A stretch of 64,000 nt of DNA from Macrostomum lignano (lineage: Eukaryota), in the NCBI GenBank assembly GCA_002269645.1, contig NIVC01001834.1, positions 62,001-126,000 on the forward strand. The letters are read 5' to 3'. Below are positions 53,305-64,000 of the stretch, in pieces. Under the pieces are notes generated by a model. The model was given only the letters and a program-made list of their open reading frames with translations. It had not been told where the DNA came from and made no database searches. Within the stretch, counting starts at the first letter, position 1. Each line of letters opens with the position of its first letter. A program made the translations under genes and the position numbers.

Positions 53305-54182
53305 TAGAGCTCAAACAGGAGCAGAATTTTTGGGATCGGGTGGGATCAGGATTGAAAATAATTTCGGGATCGGGATTCGGGATTAGTATTCGGGATTTGG
53401 GAATCCGGGATCTGGGAATATATTACTTACTAACTAATGAATCAAGGATTCAAGGATAGTTTTATCTGACTATCTATGCTATTCAGCCTTGATGGTTGAT
53501 CTAATAGCTCTAGCCTAAGCCTAATGCCCTAATAGTCAATACTAATTGTCAATTCTTGATCCAGACCCTTTTTGCAAAGTATAGCTAACTTCGAGCGCCT
53601 AAATAAAAAGGAATCAAGAGCCATTGTAGACTTTTTCTGAAAGTAAGAGTTACAAGGTGGCTAAAAATCGCACAAAAGGCGACTGTTCTGCATTAATGTA
53701 ATATTGAATTGCGTTAGTTATACTGCTTTTTTCTTGTAAAATTCTGTTTCTGGAATCGCTTCATGAAAAACGTATTAAACATTCGCCGACACTTATTCAG
53801 ACACTTCTACAGACACTTTAGTTTCTGTCGTACGAATCGTAGGAACAAGCATTAAATTTGTTTATTCCTAACAAACTATCATTATTCGTTAGTTCGTTAT
53901 TTACGAGTACAACTCTTTACAAATCTGTTACTAAGTAAAAATCTACTGCTTTATTTGGTGAATTCAAGGTCAGACTTTCAACATATTTATAGTTGCTGTT
54001 ACAAAAATTAGCTTAGTATTGATTACTGCTCTTGATTGTTGAAAGCATCATCTTCATTATTAATCTATTGTGCTCCCGAATCCCAAGTTCTCTAAGCCTT
54101 CGGGATCCCGATCCCGAATTCCCGAAAAATCTTCGGGATCCTGAGAATTCGAGATCAGGTTAGGGATCCCGTTCGAGCTCTA
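53305..54182. mobile_element. hAT-type MITE with cgggat subterminal repeats, nested
   Basis: TIR tagagctc(a/g)aac / gttcgagctcta with a perfect 8-bp TSD tctcaaag. Confidence 0.88.
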
Positions 54183-55844
54183 TCTCAAAGAGGCCAATCT
54201 CAAAAATCTTGAAAATTCAATATTGTCCGACCCCTACTAACACAAAATAAATACCTTGCCCTGTTGCATATTTATCTTAATTTTTGTATAGCATTACTAG
54301 TAGCAATGGTTTCTTAATAAACTTATAGTGATAGATTTGATAGATGTAATGATAGGGAATAAATTGGCATAAACACAGAAAAAGATTAAAGTTTTTATAT
54401 TATAGGTAATTAGTTTCAAACTATTAGGCATATTGCATTAGTATTTATGAATATGATTGATTAAACATAATAATTAATATAACAATAGCTACTATATTGC
54501 TAATTAATGATAAAAAGAGAGCAGAGCCAAAGAAATTCAATGTTGTGGCCATCTTGATATGTGGCTATCTTGGTCTTACACTATCGCTGGTGCCATTTAT
54601 GTTCTGGAACTTTGCCTTGACATGTACCCAAGTCCCTTCAATGGTATTCATATGCAAAGTTCCTAGTTTGTATTCCAACTAGTTCTGGGTTGCTCATTAT
54701 TATGCCATTTAGTGAACTCAGCAGACTATTGACTGCTATGGACTAACTTGTTTTAACTTATTGAGTCAATTTTTTAACTCAAAATAATTTAACGTGGGAA
54801 ATTAGAATTATGCCTCTACATATGGTGACCATAAAAATAACAATTTTGCTAGGCCTATTTACATAGAGTCAGTCATCATAACAATAACAACTGCCTTTTT
54901 TATAGAAAAAGTTTAGTAAAAAATATTATTAAGTAGACTTAAAGGTGTCCTTATTGGAATTAGACACAAAAATAAGAACTGTCTAATAAAAAAATTCATC
55001 TACCTGTTAAAGCATTTATTGCAATATAAAATTAGTAAATGCTTAGTCTATTATCAGGCCTATTAGCTGTTAAGTATTATCTTAATAACAAATAATAGGT
55101 CCTATAAAGTATTTGATATAGTCAAAAATATAATAGATTTCACTGAATTTTCTAGCGCAAATAGGCTATTTATCTATTTATCTGTGCCACTTAGTGTGTG
55201 GCACAAAAGCAAAAATGAGGTCTTGCAAGTTGGCACATAGTTGGCACATGCCAATGGCATAGATTTCCTCAATTAGTAATTAATATAAAAAATTTTGCTG
55301 ATTTTTGTGACATTTTTGAGTTTGTGATAAATTATACTAACTTTTATAACTGTTTTTTTTATAAAAATTAGACTGCTCAAAGTTTAAAATCAATTCAATT
55401 TGGATGAAAACAAAGTTACCATAAGTGGTTGAGTCTAGGAATATCAGTAAATTTATAAATAGCTTTTTAAAGTTTGTTTTAGGGCATGAATACCCTGATT
55501 TCTAGCACATGACATGGCACATAAGGAAAAAAATGCAGGAAATTCATTCTGGTACTTATGGTATACTTTCTTGACTATGGGACATTTGATAAATAATAAG
55601 CTAAATGTTTTTACTTGAGTATAGCAACAAACATAAACAAATAAAATATTTATAGGAAATGGTATATAGGCTTGTTTATAAGACATTGCCTAGGCATTTT
55701 CATATGAATAAATAAAATATTTTTGAAACCCCACTACTTTATTTTAATACTATAAAATTATATTCTTTTTGGAGTTTATTAAGTTATTGATTATGTATTG
55801 AGTGGTATTTTAAATTTCAAGTTAGTGTTCTAATATAATTTCAG

Positions 55845-56373
55845 ATGCTGTTATCATTGCTAACAATTGCTATAATTGGATTTCTACTACTGCGACTACT
55901 CATAGTAGAGTTACAAATTTTTGGATATATTAACAATGTGTTTCCCAAGTGTGCTCAGTTGAGAACTATGATTGTGGCAGGATCAGGTGAGGCTATTTTA
56001 ATTTAATAAATCATTCATTGCAAAACTTATATAATGTAATTTGTTGAGTTAGTCATCAAGAATATCTTCAACAAGATGGTAAGCAATTGTATTAGCTTAC
56101 TAATGTTTTACTTGATTTGGAGATTGGCTTTGTTAATTTCTTATTTCATTCTCAATAAAAGATTATACAAATAGTAAGGCAGGGCTTGGCAAACTCTGGC
56201 CTGTGGGCCTCTATCTGGTCCTCGGGTCCTTTGAAACTTCGCAATAGCAATCTGGCCTACTCCAAGGTTTGTTCTCTTCTCAGTTCTCTTCTCTCTCCTT
56301 TCTCCTCTGTCTCCCCTCCTAGTCTCTCCTCTCCCCATCTTTCCTCATCTCTCTCTACATCTCTCTCTCTCTC

Positions 56374-56448
<75 letters not shown>

Positions 56449-58870
56449 CTCTCCTTGCCTCTCTCTCTCTCTTTCTCTCCTCTCCTCTCTCTCCTCTTCT
56501 CTCACCTCTCCCCTTTTTACTCTCCCATTTACTCTTATTTAAATACTCGTCTTTTATATCCACTCTATTTTCCACTCTCATATCCTTTCCATGGCCCGCA
56601 GCCATGAGCTGTATTTGCTATGTGACCCTTAAGGTAAAACGTTTGCTGGTCCCCTGTTTTACGCCATACTACTGTAGTTTTCAGAGTTATAATTATAGCA
56701 ATAAGTTTTACACTTATTATCATCACTACATACTTAGTTTACCTTGCCATGATCTAAAGGTGTAGCCTCTTGTCCAAACAATTTGTGTCTTTGAGGAAAA
56801 CACTTAACTCTGCATTGCTTCAGTTCACCCAGCTGTAAAATGGGTGCCAGCATTAGCTGGGGTAATTGAGGGTGTGTGGCGACCTCCCAATCCTTGGACT
56901 GAACAGCCGTACGCAGCCTTCAGATGCGCCGCGCAATAGCTGCGGCTGAGCTGTCAGTTGCTTATCTAGCCTAATTGGGGCAGGTATATTCAACTATTTT
57001 ATTATTTTATTTATTAATCTTGTGGGTGATTCCATCGCCATTATAAGTACCTATTTTGCCATAGTTGCCGTAGTAATCCACAGCCATAATTACGGAAGAA
57101 CATAACTTTTGTTAAAATAAAAAACAGGCGGTCACACCACTGAAATTCTGCGACTAGTTAATAGCCTGAGCAAGCACTACTCTCCCCGACTCTACGTGAT
57201 TGCCAGCTCGGATGCTATGAGTCCGGAGAAAATCAAAATCAGCGAGTTAAATAGCAATGATGTGAGTTGATTGTCATTTTGAACTATGGGAATGACAAGC
57301 CCATTAGCCAATCGCCCAGCCCTTGTGATAAATAATTCATTAACAATTCAAATAACGAAAATTTATTCTTTCCATGAAGGGAATTTCTTAAGATACTCTC
57401 CCATCTCTGTAGGAGAATTCTCCTAGAAAATCCCCTGTCTTTGAAGGAGAATTCCCCTAGAAAATCTCCATCTCTGGAGGATTCTCTGGAAAATTCTCCT
57501 GAAGAATCCCCTCTTCTCTGGAGAAGTCTTCGTACAAAGAATCCCCTGTTTCTGAAGGAGCATTTTCCGTCCTTAGAGGAGAAGCTCCCTAAAGAGTTTC
57601 CTCACTCTGAAGAAGAATTCCCCTAAAGAATCTCTCATTTTGGAGGAGAATCCCCCGTCCCTGGAGAAGAATTCCCTCTGAAGAATTTTTCAAACGCGGG
57701 GAAGGCAAATCCCTATGGCTCTGAACTGCTTAGCCCTGACGGAGAATGCCCCATAATTCTAGAATCAAAATAATAAATTTCAAATCCTACAGATATTAAT
57801 GCAGTTAGCTTTCAACTTTCATCGCCCATGTTTGTTCTCCCCAGTTCTCCATTCACTCGATTCCGCGCAGTCGAGAGGTGCTGCAATCTTACCTGACCTC
57901 GGTGCTGACTACTGTTCGATCTGCTGCCTACTGCTTCCCTTTGGTGGCTTGGGAGAAGCCTGACTTGGTGAGTCAGTGGGTCTGAAGTTTGAAATGCAGG
58001 TTTGCAACTATGGAATTGAAGTGTGGGATTTGTGGTATTTAATGTGTGGGATTTATGGGAATCAAGGTGTGGGATTTATGGGAATCAAGGTGTGGGATTT
58101 ATAGGAATCAAGGTGTGGGATTTATAGGAATCAAGGTGTGGGATTTATAGGAATCAAGGTGTGGGATTTATGGGAATCAAGGTGTGGGATTTATGGGAAT
58201 CAAGGTGTGGGGTTTATAGGAATCAAGGTGTGGGATTTATGGGAATCAAGATGTGGGGTTTATAGGAATCAAGGTGTGGGATTTATGGGAATCAAGGTGT
58301 GGGGTTTATAGGAATCAAGGTGTGGGATTTATGGGAATCAAGGTGTGGGAATTTTGGGGATAAGAGTGTGGGATTTATGGGAATCAAGGTGTGGGATTTA
58401 TGGGAATCAAGGTGTGGGAATTTTGGGGATAAGAGTGTGGGATTTATGGGAATCAAGGTGTGGGGTTTATAGGAATCAAGGTTGGGATTTATGGGAATCA
58501 AGGTGTGGGATTTTTGGGGATAAGAGTGTGGGATTTGTGGGAGTTCAGTTGTAGGATTTATGGGATCAAGGTGTGAGATTTATAAGAATAAAGATGTTGG
58601 ATTTATGCTTACATTAGAAATTAATCTCCGAAACCACAGGTGCTCTGCAACGGGCCGGGCACCTGCATCCCAGTCTGTTTCGCGGCATTTCTCTACCGTC
58701 TTCTGCTACTAAAAGACTGCCGGATCGTATTCGTGGAGAGCATTTGTCGGGTTAACTCCCTATCGCTAAGCGGTCGCATCCTGTACTACTTGGCTGATCA
58801 CGTGATCGTGCAGTGGCCCGAGCTGCTGGACCAGTTCCCCAGGGCTCGCTATTTGGGTCGGATTGTTTAG
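55845..58870 (+). CDS. ALG14: UDP-GlcNAc transferase subunit ALG14. Exons 55845-55986, 57128-57261, 57845-57967, 58640-58870
   Basis: N-terminal TM helix, MIVAGSGGHTTEILRL, IPRSREV, PDLVLCNGPGTCIP, FVESICRV..LSLSG.IL...IVQWP...YLGRIV*; intron phases consistent (1,0,0). Confidence 0.95.
56180..56656. mobile_element. hAT-like MITE with (CT)n core, copy 3
   Basis: cagggcttggcaaac...gtttgctggtcccctg; family shared with 26385 and 48589. Confidence 0.65.
56760..56985 (+). mobile_element. CORE-SINE copy with an internally deleted head
   Basis: ggtgtagcct remnant followed by the CORE domain and body. Confidence 0.8.
57390..57700 (+). repeat. Degenerate tandem repeat (ggagaattcccct...) in an ALG14 intron
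   Basis: Recurrent gaagaattcccc/gaatcccc motifs. Confidence 0.6.
58020..58590 (+). repeat. 23-bp minisatellite (tgtgggatttatgggaatcaagg) in the last ALG14 intron
   Basis: Units are directly visible. Confidence 0.95.
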
Positions 58871-59348
58871 TAGCAGCTAAATGGCTTTTTCTGTCCTTAG
58901 AATCTGACCTTTACTGACCTCGCATTGAGCTATATTGGGTTCATTCTGTCCTAATCTGTGGCTTGTCTAGTGTGCCTTGCTTGCTTGTTTAGTTTAGATG
59001 AATAACTCGTACTATGCAGGGTAATTCTAGATACTTTCGTTATGCATTCATTGACTTTGTTTTCAATTTCCTCTTGATATTCTAACTGCACTACTTATTT
59101 GCCTTGAGTAGCAAGTAAAGCAAAATGATCAAATTTAAATATAATATTCCTCTTACTTACAAAATAAAGCATTATTAGTAGTCCAATTTTATTTTTAATG
59201 CACGCGTTCTACTACTGCAAACGCTTACTACTGTTGTTGATTAGCGGTGTATTTAGTTGATTTATTATTTATTAAAAATTAATTTTTTTATTTCACCACA
59301 TAATATGGGGCGTGAGTACTTGATTCAGGCTTGAACTAGCTCTAAAGT

Positions 59349-61070
59349 ATCAGGTGTGGTATTTAGCAGTCTAACTGAATGATCAGGTGTGGTATTTAGC
59401 AGTCTAACTAAATGATCAGGTGTGTATTTAGCAGTCTAACTGAATGATCAGGTGTGGTATTTAGCAGTCTAACTGAATGATCAGGTGTGTATTTAGCAGT
59501 CTAACTGAAAGATCAGGTGTGTATTTAGCAGTCTAACTGAATGATCAGGTGTGGTATTTAGCAGTCTAACTGAATGATCAGGTGTGGTATTTAGCAGTCT
59601 AACTGAATGATCAGGTGTGTATTTAGCAGTCTAACTGAAAGATCAGGTGTGTATTTAGCAGTCTAACTGAATGATCAGGTGTGGTATTTAGCAGTCTAAC
59701 TGAATGATCAGGTGTGGTATTTAGCAGTCTAACTGAATGATCAGGTGTGGTATTTAGCAGTCTAACTGAATGATCAGGTGTGGTATTTAGCAGTCCAATT
59801 GAATGATGAGGTGTGGTATTTAGCAGTCCAATTGAATGATGAGGTGTGGTATTTAGCAGTCTAACTGAATGATCAGGTGTGGTATTTAGCAGTCCAATTG
59901 AATGATGAGGTGTGTATTTAGCAGTCTAACTGAATGATCAGGTGTGGTATTTAGCAGTCCAATTGAATGATGAGGTGTGTATTTAGCAGTCTAACTGAAT
60001 GATCAGGTGTGGTATTTAGCAGTCCAAGTGAATGATCAGGTGTGGTATTTAGCAGTCCAATTGAATGATGAGGTGTGGTATTTAGCATTCTAACTGAATG
60101 ATCAGGTGTGTATTTAGCAGTCCAACTGAATGATCAGGTGTGTATTTAGCAGTCCAATTGAATGATGAGGTGTGTATTTAGCAGTCTAACTGAATGATCA
60201 GGTGTGGTATTTAGCAGTCCAATTGAATGATGAGGTGTGTATTTAGCAGTCTAACTGAATGATCAGGTGTGGTATTTAGCAGTCCAAGTGAATGATCAGG
60301 TGTGGTATTTAGCAGTCCAATTGAATGATGAGGTGTGGTATTTAGCATTCTAACTGAATGATCAGGTGTGTATTTAGCAGTCCAACTGAATGATCAGGTG
60401 TGTATTTAGCAGTCCAACTGAATGATGAGGTGTGGTATTTAGCAGTCTAACTGAATGATCAGGTGTGGTATTTAGCAGTCCAATTGAATGATGAGGTGTG
60501 TATTTAGCAGTCTAACTGAATGATCAGGTGTGGTATTTAGCAGTCCAATTGAATGATGAGGTGTGTATTTAGCAGTCTAACTGAATGATCAGGTGTGGTA
60601 TTTAGCAGTCCAAGTGAATGATCAGGTGTGGTATTTAGCAGTCCAATTGAATGATGAGGTGTGGTATTTAGCATTCTAACTGAATGATCAGGTGTGTATT
60701 TAGCAGTCCAACTGAATGATCAGGTGTGTATTTAGCAGTCCAACTGAATGATGAGGTGTGGTATTTAGCAGTCTAACTGAATGATCAGGTGTGGTATTTA
60801 GCAGTCCAACTGAATGATCAGGTGTGGTATTTAGCAGTCCAACTGAATGATCAGGTGTGGTATTTAGTAGTCTAACTGAATGATCAGGTGTGATATTTAG
60901 CAGTCTAACTGAATGATCAGGTGTGGTATTTAGCAGTCTAACTGAATGATCAGGTGTGGGGTTTAGCAGTCTAACTGAATGATCAGGTGTGGTATTTAGC
61001 AGTCTAACTGAATGATCAGGTGTGGTATTTAGCAGTCTAACTGAATGATCAGGTGTGGGGTTTAGCGGCA
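59349..61070 (+). repeat. 32/33-bp minisatellite (tcaggtgtggtatttagcagtctaactgaatga), about 52 copies
   Basis: Units are directly visible, with no spacers. Confidence 0.97.
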
Positions 61071-61794
61071 TTCAAGTAGCGGTTATGTAAGAAACATTCA
61101 ATCATGTGCACTTTAAATTACAGTATATTCGACTACAAAGTTATTTTCCGGCATTCCTAGTTTATTTGCATTGAACTTGAAAACATTTTTTCTTTTTGTG
61201 AAACCATATTTATGTACAGTATCATATGCATTAATAAATATTTGTAATTTTTTTAAAACCATTTATGAGTAGTTACATTGCTCAATAACACATATTATGG
61301 TTTGAGTGATCAGTCTTTATATGAAATCCGATCACCTTGCTGTGCCATTGAAACTTTGCCTATTCTCATTATTAAATCGTTATAAATAAGTCGTGTGTCA
61401 TTATCATGTTATCATCATTATGTATGCATATATTTATACTCAACTACTTTCCTCTAAATTGTCTCGAAGAATATTTTACACTGCTTACAGTAGTGTACTG
61501 CTACTAAATCAGATTTTTTGATCTTCTAATTGGAGATTAACAACAAAGTCTGACATGGCTATTGATATTGATTAATACTTAATTAATTATACCTTTTTCT
61601 AGTGAGTAAATTAGTCAACTCTAACTGATTTTCTTAGAGTAAAATATATATTGTACATGCACTTAAAATTTCCTCTTTCTAAGTATTTGAATCCTCGTTT
61701 GTTGTTTTTTAATTTTTTTAATTTTTCAAAGCCAAATAAATTCTTTCTCTTTTTACATGGCCTAGTCTTTGTGTCGTAGAAAAAGTTTTGTCAC

Positions 61795-62840
61795 CTAGAA
61801 TAGAAAATCGCCTCACTAGTTATAAAATCGCCTCACTAGTTAGAAAATCGCCTCACTAGTTATAAAATCGCCTCACTAGTTAGAAATCGCCTCTCTAGTT
61901 AGAATACCGCCTCTCTATTTATAAAATCGCCTCACTATTTAGAAAATCGCCTCACTATTTAGAAAATCGCCTCACTAGTTATAAAATCGCCTCACTAGTT
62001 AGAAAATCGCCTCACTAGTTATAAAATCGCCTCACTAGTTAGAAAATCGCCTCACTAGTTAGAAATCGCCTCACTAGTTAGAAATCGCCTCTCTAGTTAG
62101 AATACCGCCTCTCTATTTATAAAATCGCCTCACTATTTAGAAAATCGCCTCACTAGTTAGAAATCGCCTCTCTATTTATAAAATCGCCTCAATAAATAGG
62201 AAATCGCCTCACTGGTTAGAAATCGCCTCTCTAATCAGAAAATACCCTCTCTAATCAGAAAATCGCCTCCCTTGTTAGAAAATTCAATCACTAATCAGAA
62301 AATCGTCTTTCTAATCAGAAAATGGCCTCTCTAATTAGAATATCTCTCTCTAATTAGAAAATGGCCTCTCTAATTAGAATATCTCTCTCTAATTAGAAAA
62401 TGGCCTCTCTAATTAGAATATCTCTCTATAATTAGAAAATGGCCTCTCTAATTAGAATATCTCTCTCTAATTAGAAAATGGCCTCTCTAATTAGAATATC
62501 TCTCTCTAATTAGAAAATGGCCTCTTTAATTAGAAAATGGCCTCTCTAATTAGAATATCTCTCTCTAATTAGAAAGTGGCCTCTCTAATTAGAATATCTC
62601 TCTCTAATTAGAAAATGGCCTCTCTAATTAGAAAATCTCTCTCTAATTAGAAAATGGCCTCTCTAATTAGAAAATCGCCTCTCTAATTATAATATCTCTC
62701 TCTAATTAGAATATCGCCTCTCTAATTAGAATATCTCTCTCTAATTAGAAAATCGCCTCTTTAATTATAATATCTCTCTCTAATTAAAAAATGGCCTTTC
62801 TAATTAGAATATACCCTCTCTAATTAGAAAATCTTTCTAT
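61795..62840 (+). repeat. About 21-22-bp minisatellite grading from gaaaatcgcctcactagttat to ctctctaattagaa units
   Basis: Units are directly visible. Confidence 0.93.
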
Positions 62841-62973
62841 CTTAGAAAAATCGCCCTTGAAATTAGGAATAAGCCGGTACCAGTTTACAATGGCCCTCAT
62901 TCAAGTATTTCCCCGACATTAAAAGTTTCGCCCCTGTCATGCGAGAGTCGTCCCATTTTTCCCCTTCCCCCAG

Positions 62974-63366
62974 GCTGGCCAGGAGGTCGCCCAGCACTAC
63001 AACCAGGTGCTGCAGTCGAGCATCGCGTCCCGAGCGGAAAGCCGGGCCTTCTATTTGCGCAACTTCAACAACTGGGTGAAGAGCGTCCTGATTGGCTCTC
63101 ACCTGCGTATTATCGAACGCCAGTTTATCAATAGCGACATTCGCGTATTGGACCTGTGCTCAGGGAAAGGCGGCGACCTGCTCAAATGGCGAAAAGGCGG
63201 CGTCGCTAAGATTGTGTTTGTTGACATTGCCGACGTGTCGGTGGAGCAGTGCCGTAGGAGGTACGGCGAGATGGCCGAACAGCAGCAGCGAGACGGCAGG
63301 GGTCGCCTGCCTAGGGCGGAGTTTCACGTGGCCGACGCTACTGCTGTACGGCTGCGGGATCTGCAG
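62974..63366 (+). CDS. RNMT: mRNA cap guanine-N7 methyltransferase, one internal exon; the rest of the gene is unresolved or beyond the window
   Basis: VAQHYN...SR.FYLRNFNNWVKSVLI and the SAM motif VLDLCSGKGGDLLKW...VDIADVSVEQC; acceptor ttcccccag, donor gtgagc. Confidence 0.92.
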
Positions 63367-63429
63367 GTGAGCTATAATATTAATGTAGTTGTCAATTGTG
63401 GTGTAACAGACATCGATAGTTAATCAATA

Positions 63430-63850
63430 GTTATTAGTACATGTAGTGTAACAAAAATCGATAATTCAGTCAATGGTTAATCGTTCTGTCACAGAAATCG
63501 ATAATTGAGTCAATGGTTAATCGTTCTGTAACAAAAATCGATAGTTCAGTCAATAGTTTGTCGTAGTTTAACAAAAATCGATATTTCAGTCAATAGTTAG
63601 TAGTAGGGTAACAAAAATCGATAATTGAGTCAATAGTTTCTCGTAGTTTAACAAAAATCGATATTTCAGTCAATAGTTTGTCGTAGTTTAACAAAAATCG
63701 ATATTTCAGTCAATAGTTAGTAGTAGGGTAACAAAAATCGATAATTGAGTCAATAGTTTGTCGTAGTTTAACAAAAATCGATATTTCAGTCAATAGTTAG
63801 TAGGAGGGTAACAAAAATCAATAGCTAAGTCAGCAGTTAGACGTAATTTG
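63430..63850 (+). repeat. About 43-bp AT-rich minisatellite (aacaaaaatcgataattgagtcaatagtt...) in an RNMT intron
   Basis: Units are directly visible. Confidence 0.88.
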
Positions 63851-64000
63851 ATAGAAATTAATAATTATGTCAACGAGTTAACTTAGCTTAACATAGATAT
63901 CCATAACTGACGTAACGGTAATTTTAGTGTAACAGTAATCGATAATTGACCTAACAGTCCCGCCTGGACTTTGGTCCGGTTCTTTTGTCCGCTTACTTAT

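Larger units (their letters stand above)
51556..54236. mobile_element. Outer hAT-type non-autonomous element containing nested insertions
   Basis: 8-bp TSD ctaacaca at 51548-55 and 54237-44; imperfect TIRs (taggttagacgagat / tattgtccgaccccta); subterminal gagat/atctc repeats in inverse orientation. Confidence 0.7.

Noticed and set aside
59300-59350. Candidate first exon of RNMT (atggggc|gtgagt)
   Set aside because: Its phase does not match the phase-0 acceptor at 62974 and no linking exon was found; unsupported.

Overview
Eukaryotic (metazoan, probably lophotrochozoan; flatworm-like is an inference) genomic DNA with GT-AG introns, GC-richer exons and many intronic minisatellites. In order, the window contains: a frameshifted RTE-type non-LTR retrotransposon; the 3' exons of an MFS transporter; two co-oriented, strongly diverged TTLL10-like tubulin glycylase genes; and, between those paralogues, three intron-containing tRNA-Tyr(GTA) genes, a two-domain Ly6/three-finger GPI-type gene, a 10-cysteine insulin-like peptide gene missed by the ORF track, and a mariner with an intact transposase ORF. 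These are followed by a coiled-coil plus death-domain gene head-to-head with an RFX1-3/DAF-19-type transcription factor, a nested cluster of hAT-type MITEs, ALG14, and an internal exon of RNMT. Five CORE-SINE copies and several MITE families are dispersed through the window. The most notable observations are the 10-Cys insulin-like peptide, minisatellites apparently seeded from functional junctions (a stop-codon region, an RFX splice donor, a SINE Pol III A-box), candidate X-boxes next to splice donors, and single-base homopolymer deletions that probably reflect assembly error. All gene models were built by hand from splice signals and reading-frame phase; no database search was run.
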